Below are positions 42,310-55,879 of a stretch of DNA of 64,000 nt, one piece after another (the stretch's first letter is position 1; each line of letters begins with the position of its first letter). The stretch is from positions 86,676,001 to 86,740,000 of the forward strand of contig OX597825.1 of assembly GCA_951406725.2 (NCBI GenBank). The letters run 5' to 3'. This DNA is from Octopus vulgaris (taxonomy: Eukaryota). The translations under genes and the position numbers were made by a program. The notes below the pieces were generated by a model. It searched no databases and had not been told where the DNA came from. It saw nothing but the letters and a program-made list of their open reading frames with translations.

Positions 42310-45300
42310 CCCATTTTAACCCAGGTTTTTAATTTTGCGATTTCTGTTGAAATTTTGAAGACCATTATATAAATAGGGATAAAAAACATACTGAAGCGTC
42401 CAGTTAATCTTTATTGCAGTAAATAAACCAAATACAGTGTATCTTCAAATGAGGACACTGGATGAATATATAATAACAAGCGAATCAATCACTAATAGTA
42501 AAAATAAAGTTCATTTACTTCTATTTATCAATAAGGTTTACTCCTTTCTCAATACAAACGTAAAATAAGTTTACTTAAATTATAATTTACTTAATGCTTA
42601 CATTGGTAAGGGATAGAACAATCGATGCATAAAGTCACGGTGCACTTCTTGCAGTAGATTCTTGGTTTTGCAGTTTATGGTTTATTTTGGCACCTCCGTT
42701 GTTGATCACGCTTCTGTAGTAAGTGTTCCTTACGGTCGAATCGCACATCTTTTGGAATTTTCGAGGGGGCTTGAGCTTTCTTTCTTCCGGCTGGTACTTT
42801 GTGGGCTGCTCCTTTTACATAAGCTAAGCAAACTTGTCTCTTGACGTCTCGTAGACTCATGCTCTTTTATCGCTGCCACGGACAATCCCAAGCGTTCATC
42901 AAAGGGATATCTAATATGCGAACGACTAAAGGCCAATACCATTTATTCCTCTGATGGCAACTGAATATTTCCCAGCCGACCAGTCATCAACCCCCGTCCC
43001 ATGTTTTCGTTATATCCCTGTAGAATATATGGCCGAAAGACATTTCTTTTAGATTCTATTTTGTCTCGCTGCCAACGCTGTACTTCCTTTCTAATGGGTT
43101 CAATAGTGTCGTAAATTGTTCCAGCCGTAACACATTTGCTCTCCTTCATCCATTTCACGATGAGGATTTCTTCATCACAACCGAATCTGTAATCGTATGT
43201 TCCCCTTTTATTCTTTTGTCATTAACTTTGATTCCTTCAAAGGACATATTTTTCAGCCTATTTTTCCCTTATTGTCCCTGTAGCTTGCAATCCTAAATTC
43301 CGTAGGTGCACGAGCAAAGCATAGTCAGTGAATAAATTATCGAAAAAATACGGTATAGGAGCACAGGCCCTCTTCTACCGCAAGCATTTTAAAAACTACT
43401 TTAGAGCCAAGTAATAAGTTATCATTCTCTCTATTATCAGACGATTTACCGCAATAGACGTCAAAGTAGTAGCAATATCCTGACACTCCACACAATGCCT
43501 AAAGTTTATAACCAAATCGGATTTGTTTTTCCACGTGTAAAATGTTTGAGAGAATTAAGTTCATAATAACGCACAATCATTTCCCTCAAATATTCCAAAT
43601 TTTCTCAAAGATTTTTGAAACATGGAAATATGTGGCCTGATTTTGAAACCTTTGTCATGCTTTCTGTCTCTGCTTTACCAATAAAATGCTGACAATTTTC
43701 CAGCGTTTGAAAACGATTTCTAGACATCGCTTTCTTTACTCTTGATATTCCTAAATCCTCATCGGTTGACCAATAATGTTTTTCTGACGGTAATTTATGG
43801 TAACTAGAAAATAACAAAATACCAATGAATGTCTTCAATTCATCTACATTCACTCATAATATTCTTGCATGTTGCATATCTTACCGTTTCCTTTACAATG
43901 TAATCCTAAATTTCTGGAGTGATCTGTTACTAAAAAATGTCACCGGGAGTCAAAAATTCTAAAGATTCTTTAATTTCTTTTGGATAAGATGACGATAATC
44001 TCTTACTTTTACTTTGGTTTGCTTTCATTCAACTTATCTCCACTTAGGAACAGACTCGCATAATATTCGCTTCTTCCCCACCGGTAAACCTTAGACGGTC
44101 TTTGAATATCCGCATTGTCCAAGTTCTCATCCTCTCACAGGTCTTCATTTTGATGACCAGTTTCAGTGTGGAGTTCTAGAGAACCGGGGACACCTTGAAC
44201 CCTAACTTCACCAGTTTCTTCCTCATCTGTAATATCTTCTTCGTCGGTCACTGCGTCGACATCTGGAGGCATTATGATTATATCACCAAAGTTATCATTG
44301 GCATTATCACTTCCATTATGCTCTTCAAGCAATTCCACTATTCCATCCATTGTTAGGACTTGCAAAGGATTTCTTGACATCCGTTTGGGGAAAACACACA
44401 GGTAAATCACACAGGTAAATTACTCTAAAAACATGAAGAAGATTTTGCGTTAATTTTGGATAGACCTTCATTTATACTACAATATTTTCTGTATTTATAT
44501 TTTTGACATACCTTTATTCATGGTACAATGAATTATACATTATATTCATAATATAGTCATTATAGTCATTATTGTTCATTATTGTAAGTAGAAACTCATT
44601 ATGCATTTTAGATAAACATCAAAGATAGCTACAGACTATAAAAAAGTTGATTATATATTTAAATGAGCTAAAAATATAAAATACACATATAATCTACGTC
44701 CATTCAAATAGTTCAAAATATTGTCAACGCACAATCAAACGATTCAATGATTGCTAAAACAATATTTTCTTACCTTTGAGAATAATCTGTAACACTTTGC
44801 TTGAACAGTTGAAAGCAGGCCTTCGCTCAAAGACTCCCGACGTTGTAATGAGCTTTCTACAGGATTTCATGTATATGCAAACAGTGCATGATGTTTGAAC
44901 AGGTCTAAACACGTTACGTTGTGGTTTCTTAAACGGTTTTAAACAAGCGTGGCAACACAATGTCTGGATATGCTTTGATAACACATTATCCCACTGTCCT
45001 CGTTTGAGGACAGCATCTTTGGTTAACTAATAGTTTGTATGATATAGTTCGACGATTAAAGATTGTCTCATTTCAGCTAAAACATATATAATATTCAATA
45101 TATAATATAATATAATATAATATAATATAATATAATATAATATAATATAATATAATATAATATACAATATTCAATATATAATAAATGATAGATGAAAAAG
45201 TGTCTAATTTCCGATGCTTTCTTTCGACATATTAACAACGAATTTTACTTACATCTTAGATTGCATTTTTATATAAAGTGGTCACAGATAATTCCTAACC

Positions 45301-45414
45301 AAAGAATCATAAACGACGTAGGTTCCCTAAACTAGTTATGCATATGGCCGTTGAATATAGTTTCATATTTGTTTCAACTGTCCTCAAACGAGGTTAATAT
45401 GGCGAATAAACGGG
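42310..45414 (-). mobile_element. Decayed piggyBac transposon (PGBD-type transposase ~42592-44410)
   Basis: TTAA|CCCATTTT left end and subterminal TGTCCTC/GAGGACA repeats. Motifs: ELKTFIGILLFS.YHKLP..KHYW...AMSRNRF, IRFGYK..ALCGVSGY.Y.FDVYCGK, FDNLFT...ATGTIR, YNENMG and a C-terminal CxxC...C..C domain. The right end is approximate. Confidence 0.9.
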
Positions 45415-45586
45415 TCTTTTGAAATAGAGAATTTCTTAAAGGTTCACAAAAGAGTCCAAGTGGTATGTTTTAGTGGGCTACTTTCTTTACTGGTTCTTAT
45501 TTAGGGTACTTCCTGTTTTCATTTGGAAGAATGTCATAGTGTTGCTAGTATAGAAATACACACACATACACGCACACACACACGCG

Positions 45587-45637
<51 letters not shown>

Positions 45638-45673
45638 GCGCACGCACACACACACAGATATCAATCTGCTGCA

Positions 45674-46187
45674 AAAATAAGGATTACGTTTCATAACTTT
45701 ATTCAAGGTTGCGATCGTTTCGAATAAAAGATATTAAGTTCATCGCCACAAATTGGTTTGTACGTATAACTTTACGCAAAAAAAACATACATTAATTAAT
45801 TTATCAATTAATTAATTAATGAAAATGTTTGCGCTGCACCGTTTCTGGTCAGACCTTAAAGTTACAATGGAGGTTTTGCAATGGAATTCTATAATAACAG
45901 ACTTATAAACATCGAGTATTTTGAAAAAAAAAAAAATTTGATATTTCTAACTTTGATTCGATCTCCATCACAGTATACGTTTGAAACCCAAAAAACCTAC
46001 CGTAATATATTAAGGTTTGATGAGAATGGTGGAGTGCAAGCTGTTTCGTTAATTGATAAATTAATGTAGGCTTTCTTTTTTACGTAAATTTATACATATA
46101 AAGTAATGTGTGATGATGAACTGGTTCCTCTCGCTATGCGAAACAATCGCAACTCTGAACAAAGCTATGAAACGTTATCTTCATTTT
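45674..46187. mobile_element. Old foldback/MITE-like element with ~200-bp diverged inverted arms
   Basis: AAAATAAGGATTACGTTTCATAACTTTATTCAAGGTTGCGATCGTTTCG matches the reverse complement of 46139-46187; similarity continues inward. Confidence 0.75.
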
Positions 46188-46385
46188 ATTTTCCACAATC
46201 CATGCACGCCCCACCCCCAATCAATTAACGAAGCTCCTCAGATTTACACTTTGTTGGATTTAACATCACTAGATTAAATCTAAACGGTTTCCAATCTTCC
46301 TCACTTGACTTTCTCTTGGCCAAATTTTTTTCATGGATTAATGACTGAGGTATTCGCCTGGATTTACTCAACAGTACCTACTTTC

Positions 46386-46456
<71 letters not shown>

Positions 46457-46561
46457 TACTAAAACTAAAATAAGCAACAGGATATCGAGTAGTCATGCAG
46501 TACGACCGTTTCAAGCGGCTCCATTTAATTGAACAATGCAATCGTTACATCAATTTAAATA

Positions 46562-46643
46562 CAGCTGAAGATAGCGCTGCATTTAAACTAATGTAATGAT
46601 TGCATTGTTCAATTAAATGGAGCCGCTTGAAACGGTCGTACTG
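46562..46643 (+). ncRNA. Type-I hammerhead with long stem II, in the right arm of palindrome 46454-46687
   Basis: CAG-CUGAAGA-UAGCGCUGCAUUUAA...UUAAAUGGAGCCGCUU-GAAACGGUCGUA-CUG. Confidence 0.8.
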
Positions 46644-46717
46644 CATGACTACTCGATATCCTGTTGCTTTTTCTAGTTTTAGTACGAATATATATATATA
46701 CATACATATAAAATTCC

Positions 46718-46918
46718 CAGATAAAAATTCCCCAAAACAGAAAAATAGCTTTTAGCCAACACATAGATACTTGCGCCAACAAAAAAACACCAAACTTCAG
46801 AATTTTCCCCCTCTACCAATTTAGGGACGATACAACCTCGAGACAAAGAATAAGTAAAGAAAATCTCTTTATTACAAAATACAAGCCACTTCTTAACGGG
46901 TCTACGACAAACAATTAA
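46718..46918 (+). pseudogene. Penelope-like GIY-YIG C-terminal fragment, followed by 3' UTR to the HHR at 47678
   Basis: RKIAFSQHIDTCANKKTPNFRIFPLYQF...RISKENLFITKYKPLLN, matching the E...I....P.LN end of GIY-YIG. Confidence 0.8.
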
Positions 46919-47049
46919 TATACCTCAACTTTAGAATAAAAGAAAAAATATATATACACACACAAATACTACACTCCATAGAATCCATTACTAATCAGCC
47001 CCTTCATAGCTATATTTACACCCATTCATATTCTCCCTTCTCTGTTTTT

Positions 47050-47330
47050 TTCTTCTTCTTCTTCTTCATCATCATCGTTATCATCATCATCGGCGTCATC
47101 ATCATCGCCACCATCATCACCACCATCTTCTCCTTCTCCTCCTTCTTCTTCTTCTTCTTCTTCTTCTTCTTCTTCTTCTTCTTCTTCTTCTTCTTCTTCT
47201 TCTTCATCATCATCGTTATCATCATCATCGTCGTCATAATCATCACCACCATCACCATCATCTTCTCCTTCTCCTTCTCCTTCTTCTTCTTCTTCTTCTT
47301 CTTCTTCTTCTTCTTCTTCTTCTTCTCCAC
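47050..47330. repeat. (TCT)n/(TCA)n compound repeat with internal duplication
   Basis: Directly visible; gives the poly-E/D/K ORFs. Confidence 0.9.
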
Positions 47331-47677
47331 CCCTACCCCTTAAGTTTGTCACTAATGTTTTTTAGTATAACACCTACGCTAATTCTATAAACAAGCCTGT
47401 CGATATAAATATTCTCCTGAATTGAACTGAGACTGCCAGCCGCCACTGACCATTCAAAATACGACCATCAGGGCACTCCCAGATTCTCCCACCCCCTTTC
47501 CTCACCAGCCTTCCCTCTACTACCCTACCAAGAACTCACAACTACCTCGAACACACAAGTGCAAACAAGGGAGTCAGAGAAAGGCAGAATGCCACTTAAA
47601 TCTGAACACTACTATAGAAATATTGTTTTAAAAAAACTTTTCTTCTAATTTTTCTAAATTTAATTATTTAATCGTTA

Positions 47678-47715
47678 CAGTTGAAAAGGTCTCAAAATGA
47701 CCGAAACCGGTACTG
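47678..47715 (+). ncRNA. Hammerhead, U3-A8 variant, family B copy 2
   Basis: CAG-UUGAAAA-GGUC(UCAAAAU)GACC-GAAACCGGUA-CUG; 47603-47766 matches 27250-27407. Confidence 0.75.
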
Positions 47716-47767
47716 AAATGTTCACTATAAAATTATTTTAGCATTTTCTATTTTTTACTTGTTTTTT

Positions 47768-47830
<63 letters not shown>

Positions 47831-48424
47831 GTATGTATGTACATAATGTGTTGGTGTATCTCAAGAAATATGATTAGAATAGAGTAAGAGAAGAGAGCAA
47901 CGCCGTTTGATGGAGAGGATCAACGGGAAGACAACAAAGGGAGGTAACTACATCACAGTGACATTTAGTCCGACATTTTGCTGTTTGTGGTTCACTGACG
48001 CCATTACACAACTAGTCATATATAATAATTTTGTTGAAACTCGCGACCAATATTTATATGAAAGCGCAGACGATCGATCGATTGAACCAATTCCAGAATA
48101 TTGCATGTGCATATTTTATCGATCTGCAAGGATGAAAGGTAAAGTTGAAGAAGGTGAGATCTGAACCCGGGCAGCTAAGTTCAAATAGCGTTTACGTACG
48201 ATGCGCTACCAAGCATTTAGTTTGATGTTCTGCACAGGTAACACCTCATGATTTCTTAATGGACACACGGACACACACACACACACACACACGCACGGCC
48301 TATCTATCATCTGTCAATTGTCTTTATTTTCCTTTTTGTCTGTCACACTTTCTCCTCACTCTCTCTCTCTCTCTCTCTCACTCATATGTGAGTGTGTGTA
48401 TATGATATATAATATAACAATAAA

Positions 48425-48494
<70 letters not shown>

Positions 48495-48615
48495 CACAAA
48501 TATAAGAGAGTGTATAAACTTTTATTGTATCCCTGGTTTTTATGCGCTAAGCCACTTGGTGTTAAATTGATGGTTTTATTAAATTAATATCCAATTTTTT
48601 TCACCCTTATTTTTG

Positions 48616-48694
<79 letters not shown>

Positions 48695-48699
<5 letters not shown>

Positions 48700-48885
48700 T
48701 TACTACCCACTAGGGGCTAAACACAGAGGGGACAAACAAGGACAGGCAAACGGATTAAGTCGATTACATCGACCTCAGTGCATAACTGGTACTTAATTTA
48801 TCGACCCCGAAAGGATGAAAGGCAAAGTCGACCTCGGCGGAATTTGAACTCAGAACGCAGCGGCGGACGAAATACCGCAAAGCAT
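48695..48885 (-). mobile_element. SINE with Nin/Deu-like domain
   Basis: CGACCCCGAAAGGATGAAAGGCAAAGTCGACCTCGGCGGAATTTGAACTC. Confidence 0.85.
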
Positions 48886-48919
48886 ATATATATATATGTA
48901 TATATATTCTTATATTTTA

Positions 48920-49251
48920 CATTTTACTCGTTTCAGTCATTCGACTGCGGCTATGCTGCAGTACCACCTTTAGTTGATCCCAGACCTTATTCTTTGTAAG
49001 CCTAGTACTTATTCTATCGGTTTCTTTTGCCGAATCGCTAAGTCACGGCGACGTAAACAACCCAACATCGGTTGATAAGCAACAGCGGGGGGACAAACAC
49101 AGACACACACACGCACACACAAATATATACATACATACGTACACACACACATATAGTAGAAAACACTTGCCCAAGGTACCACGCAGTGGGACTGAACCCA
49201 GAACTATGTAGTTGGGAAGGCAGCTTCTTCAACACAGTGACGCCTGCGCCT
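48920..49251 (-). mobile_element. tRNA-derived SINE (family of 27856)
   Basis: Reverse-complement head GGCGCAGGCG..CTGTGTTG, GGTTCAGTCCC B-box and tail. Confidence 0.85.
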
Positions 49252-49273
49252 GTATATAATATAATATAATATA

Positions 49274-49313
<40 letters not shown>

Positions 49314-49344
49314 CATACATACATATATATATATATATACATAC

Positions 49345-49443
<99 letters not shown>

Positions 49444-49471
49444 CATACACACATATACATACACACACATC

Positions 49472-49505
<34 letters not shown>

Positions 49506-50596
49506 ATATATTATATCTACAAATATATGTATGTATATACACATACATATATATAACACATGATATAATAATAACAACACACCACCACCACCACCAACAA
49601 CAACCAACAACAACAATAATAATAATAATAATAATTAATACTACTACTACTACTAATAATAATAATGATGATGATGATTTGATTTATTTGCCACAAGGGC
49701 ATAAAATGAGGGGAAGAATACAAAGACCGACACAAAGTGTTGGGGTTTACATGTAATAATGAAATGATAAAAAGAAGGGACATATGCGTAGATAAACATA
49801 TACATACTGGTACATACACACACACCCAGATATATACACCCGCTCATTAAATAACGTGCATACGTGTTGCGCCAACACGCACGTGCACATTCTGTGTAGA
49901 AGTGAAAAGTGACATAAGAACAACCACACACACACACAAACACACGCACACACAAACACACGCACACACAAACACACACCCACACACGCATCCACCCGCA
50001 AACATGCCACAATAGATGCATAAACAAATGCAGCTGCACAAAGAAAGAGGCAGCGTGCATGTTGCACGTCGACGCCAACACAAACCATAATAAAACGCAC
50101 CTGAACACATCATCAAGCCTGGTGGGAGGGGGGGAGAGACACACAGACGCACACAGAGACACAGACACATGTTGCACTTGCACAAACACAACACAGGTGC
50201 ACACAGGTGCACACACGCACTCGTGTGCATACACTTGCAGGCCAACAACCAGCAGCAGAAACTCTGCAGTTATTTTATAGATCTTAAAGTGGCTTCCGCT
50301 ATTTCACTTATTGCTAGCAGCCATCAACTGTAAACAAACACTGGCCTTGCTGCTGCTGCTGTCGGTGCTGCTGTTGGTGCTGCTGCTGCTGTTGGTGCTG
50401 CTGCTGCTGTTGTTGCTGTTGGTGCTGCTGCTGCTTTTGCTGCTGCTTTTGCTGCTGCTGCTGTTGTTATGGGTATCATGTTAGTCATGGTGGCGGTGGC
50501 AGAGATGGCGCTGGTGGTGATGGTGATGGCGGTGGAAGTGGTGTTTATTCCTCAACAATATAGGAAACCGTTTTTCCAATTTCTTCGTCGGCGGGG

Positions 50597-50995
50597 GAAG
50601 GGCTCCGGCCCCTACCCCCCGCCATCTTTTCTCTGGGACTCCATGACTGGGGTCGGAGAGGGGAGGGAGGGAGGACGTTAGTTTCAGACCAAAGATCTAG
50701 CTCAAACTTTCTCTGACAAGGTGAACTTAGACAGTCAATTAGCAAAGTCGTTAGAACGTCGAACAGGATAGTTTATGGTATTTATTCAAAGTCTCTGCGT
50801 TCCGAGTTCAAATCCAGCTGAAGTCGACTTTGTCTTCCCTCTTTTCAGGGTCAATAAAAAGTGTCCCCTCCAGTGGTTGACTGACTAACACAACCCTAAG
50901 AACATCGGACCGGTGGCGTTGCTGCATTTATTCCGAATCTCTTCTTTCTGAGTTCAAATCCTACAATAGCCTGGTGGACATAAACCCCACCCCAC
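50597..50995 (+). repeat. ~390-bp direct duplication, copy 1
   Basis: Near-identical to 54320-54678; contains decayed SINE heads. Confidence 0.9.
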
Positions 50996-52049
50996 CCCAT
51001 GCGCCTCATTTAGTACCACCTGCGGGCAGTTTAGGGTCTTTTAGCGGAGTGCATTCTGCTGGAAATATTCGATCCGTCTTCTTGTTTGGAGATACTGCCC
51101 TCCCTCCCTCATTCAATCTGGGAAGCCATGTTAGGGTCATAGAGCAATGTCTTCCCCAACACCCCTTAATTCAATGATAAAAAGATTCTTCTAACCCCTG
51201 ACCTCCATTAACAAATATTCATTTTGGATATTTACGCATCTCACGAATCCTTTTAAAGCCAGCTTGATATATTTACAACAATATAAAGACTTGGTGGGTA
51301 TTGGTGGTGTTGTCGGTCTTTGTTGTTTAGCTCAGGCTTCATGAAGAAGTAGATATATGTTGAAAGGATCTCCAGCCATGACTGTCCCATCATTCAAAGT
51401 GAATGTAGGACTGTGTTATGTTGGGGGCATCTAGAACGAGGGCAGCCAATGAAGGCCAGATGGGAGCAGCAGAAAGTGTTGTCGTTTAAATTCTTGATTA
51501 ATGTCAAATCTGGATTGAACATTCCTATGATTAAAGGGATTCCAGCCACGACCAACCTGTCATTGTTCAGTAAAGTAATATATAAGACTACTTCGTTATA
51601 ATGTAGGGCCTGATCGGGACTAATTTTAGCTGCTATTTCTTGCATGCTTAGGGACCACATCGATGCTCGCTTATTTGTCCCTCTAGTTTGTTTTATTGTT
51701 GTTGTTGCAGTTTCCGTTACATATGCTGTTGTTGTTGTTATTGTTGTTCCAGTTGTATTGTAACTGCTTCGGTTGTTGTGGTTACTGACGATGTTGTTGT
51801 TGTTGGTGCTGTTGTCGTTAGATAACACGAAATATTTCAAGAGGGAGACTGAGAAAATAACCGCAAGATGTAAATGAAGAGTTTGCATCTGGTGGGGGGG
51901 GGCAGCAGGGGGACGAGGAGGCGGGAGGGTGTGTGTGTGTGTGTGTGAGTGTGTGCGCGTAAGATATTTATATGTAAATGCATGGATGCGTGAGTTTGCT
52001 CGAAAGTGAGAGAGATACACAGCCACATACACGTATATGAATACATATA

Positions 52050-52285
52050 TTTATTTCTTTATTGCCCACAGGAGGGCTAAACATAGAAGGGGACAAACAA
52101 GGACAGACAAAGGGATTAAGCCGATTATATCGACTCTAGAACGAGGGCAGCCAATGAAGGCCAGATGGGAGCAGCAGAAAAAGTTTCTACTTAATTAATC
52201 GACCCCGAAAGGATGAAAGGCAAAGTCGACCTCGGCGGAATTTGAACTCAGAAAGTAGCTGGTAGGCGAAATACCGCTAAGCATT
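52050..52285 (-). mobile_element. SINE with Nin/Deu-like domain carrying a 46-bp foreign patch
   Basis: Aligns with 48695-48885 except at ~52135-52187. Confidence 0.85.
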
Positions 52286-52347
52286 AAGAATATATATATA
52301 TTTATGGAGGTGTATTTATGGGTGCATATATAAGAGTACATATATAT

Positions 52348-52457
<110 letters not shown>

Positions 52458-52543
52458 TTATATGTATTTATATGTATAATATATATATATATACATATAT
52501 ATGTATGTATATATGTGTATATGTATATATAAATATGTATATA

Positions 52544-52634
<91 letters not shown>

Positions 52635-52747
52635 AACAATTATGAACTTTCCAATCTCCATTTTCTTTTTCTTCTTTCACAAATGTATGTTTATAGATAT
52701 GGATACAGAGACTGAATCTTTCTGTAGGTAAATGAATAAAAGAATGG

Positions 52748-52808
<61 letters not shown>

Positions 52809-52992
52809 CGGTAGGATAGAGAGAGAGGGGTAGGGGAGAGGGAAGAAAGGGAGAGAGAGAGTGTGTATATATAGGCGCCCCGTGAAGTTGTTATATTCCA
52901 AAATCAATGTTCCATTTGGCAACATTTTTCACTATTTTCGTTCTTCACCAGACTGAGAGGTGTTGACACACAACACCGATATATTGACGTTA

Positions 52993-53030
<38 letters not shown>

Positions 53031-53198
53031 GTGTATGTATTTGTGTGTATGTGTATACATCCATGTACAAATAGCTGCATACATACATTCATAGACACAC
53101 ATGTCTATAATTCTACACATGTGTAGATATTTTAAGTTTTGACAAGCACTGACTTATCGGTTACACTTTCTACATGCACACAAACATACAAACACACA

Positions 53199-53256
<58 letters not shown>

Positions 53257-53599
53257 AACATATATACATACATACACACACGTTTTCTTATATATGAATG
53301 CATGTATATATATATTTGTTCATACGTAAGTGATAAATGTACATATGTATAAATATATATTTATTAATCCGTGTGTATGTGTGAGTATGTATATGCGTGT
53401 GTACATGTGAGTGTACATGTGAGTGCGTGCGCGTGTGTAGACATCTTATTCATATACACACCCACTTACGCATACTTCACTCCACACATCTTCATCTAAA
53501 ATCACTCATTTTTCACGCAAACACTAAATAAAAAATTCTTATTTCAATTATTTACTGCGATCACAAAGTTTATGCCAAGAGTATATATATATTCTTTTA

Positions 53600-53809
53600 C
53601 TCTTTTACTTTTTTACTTGTTTCAGTCATTTGACTGCGGCCATGCTGGAGCACCGCCTTTTAATCGAGCAACTCGACCCCGGGACTTATTCTTTGTAAAC
53701 CCAGTACTTATGCTATGGGTCTCTTTTGCCGTACCGCTAAGTGACGGGGACATAAACACACCAGCATCGGTTGTCAAGCAATGCTAGGGGGACAAACACA
53801 GACACACAA

Positions 53810-53810
<1 letters not shown>
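53600..53810 (-). mobile_element. SINE 3' half (family of 27856)
   Basis: TTTCAGTCATTTGACTGCGGCCATGCTGGAGCACCGCC; a shorter piece is at 60830-60900. Confidence 0.85.
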
Positions 53811-53897
<87 letters not shown>

Positions 53898-54162
53898 TCA
53901 CACGCACACATACACGTATATGTATGTATACAAATAGGTATAATCTACGTAAGTATGTGAATGTGTAGTGGTTGCGTGTAAAGGTGAGTGTATATATTTG
54001 ACATTGATGCGCATCACTTCACCTGTCGTATATGTGTGTGTGTGTGTGGATACACACGCACATATATACACTCAAACCCACACATGCACGTATTTGTCTG
54101 TCTGTCTGTTTGTCTGCCTGTCTGTTTGTCTATCCGTCCCCATGTCCGTCCATCTGTCTGCT

Positions 54163-54214
<52 letters not shown>

Positions 54215-54319
54215 TCTGTCCGATATCACTTTAAAATATTCTCGGTTGCACCTACGGTATCACTTACTGATATAGACTTCAGTGCATCATCAAAACACCC
54301 ACACACCCACACATACGGA

Positions 54320-54678
54320 GAAGGGCTCCGGCTCCTTCCCCTCATCTTTCTTCTGGGACTCCATGACTGGGGTCGGAGAGGGGATGGAGGGAGGACGTTA
54401 GTTTCAGACCAAAGACCTAGACAGTCAATTAGCAAAGTCGTTAGAACGTCGAACAGGATAGTTTATGGTATTTACTCCAAGCCTCTGCATTCCGAGTTCA
54501 AATCCAGCTGAAGTCGACTTTGTCTTCTCTCTTTTCAGGGTCAATGAAAAGTGTCCCCTCCAATGGTTGACTAACACAACCCTAAGAACATCGGACCGGT
54601 GGCGTTGCTGCATTTATTCCGAATCTTTGCTTTCTGAGTTCAAATCCTACCATAGCCTGGTGGACATAACCACCCCAC
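54320..54678 (+). repeat. Direct duplication, copy 2
   Basis: Matches 50597-50995 with a ~31-bp deletion. Confidence 0.9.
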
Positions 54679-55241
54679 ACACTCACACACACGCACACAC
54701 GTGCAACCCCACTCCACCTGCTACTGAACGCCACTACATCAGTCTATTGTATTCCATAATGGAATCTTTTTAAGAAGGAATTTAAGAAAACGAACGAACA
54801 ATAAAAATGTCCGAGGAAAAAGAACCAAATATTATTGCGTGGAATTTTAAATATTTTTAGAGTGTCGAACTTGTTTTCTGATTATCAATGTCTGCCGCCA
54901 ACTAACACGACCTCCATCACCACCATCACTCATACCACCACCTTGAAACTCCTCAATTTTTATGAAGACCTGAAAGGAGTCCCACATTCAGGGCTCACGT
55001 CACATGCACCGCACTCCCCCCCTATACCTCACAAATCAAACACTTTTCTTCTAAATAAGGCATAACACATTGGGTAGTTTAGTCTCACTGTCAGTTTGCA
55101 TGAATAAAAGATGTGATGGTCACGGATGGGATGTTCGATCATGGATGATCTAATAGTCTTCTTTATATCTATACATACGGATTACGTCGTGTTCAGTATA
55201 TTTAACACTACACACACACGCACACACACACAGACATACAC

Positions 55242-55311
<70 letters not shown>

Positions 55312-55879
55312 CAGACGTGACCAAACTTGCCGTATGTAAGCTTCTGGTATTTGAGAGCCACATGCCTTGAACTAAATCACTCGTTTTTATTATTTTATAA
55401 ACATTTCGTTACAAAGATTGCAACATAACTATTAAGAAATACATCCACGTAGTTATATTTATTTAATGTATGTAGTTTTATTAAACTAGTAATTTCTGTT
55501 AGTTGAAGTAATCACAAGGCACAGCAAATGTTTTCCTAATCTTCACTGATGATTGTTTTAACGATGCTGAGTATATTTAATTCGGTAATAAACTACAGCA
55601 ACATCTAAGAATATTATGTAAATTTGCATTTTAGTAACATAAAATCAGATTGCCAATAATAAAACTAAAAAAAGAAAGAAATAAAATAGTGCGATATTTT
55701 TAATGACATTTCTGTTAGTAAATATCTGATCAAAACTTGACGGCAAATAAACAGAGAAGCTAACCACTATAATCAGAAATATTTTAATCAGCTAACACCT
55801 TACAAAATTACAATCTTATCATAATATTTTTATGATCAACAGAGAATGCTACTATTACCAGGCTATTAAAGCCGTTATT

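Noticed and set aside
47016-47352. Acidic or poly-K protein ORFs
   Set aside because: Trinucleotide repeat within a PLE 3' region.
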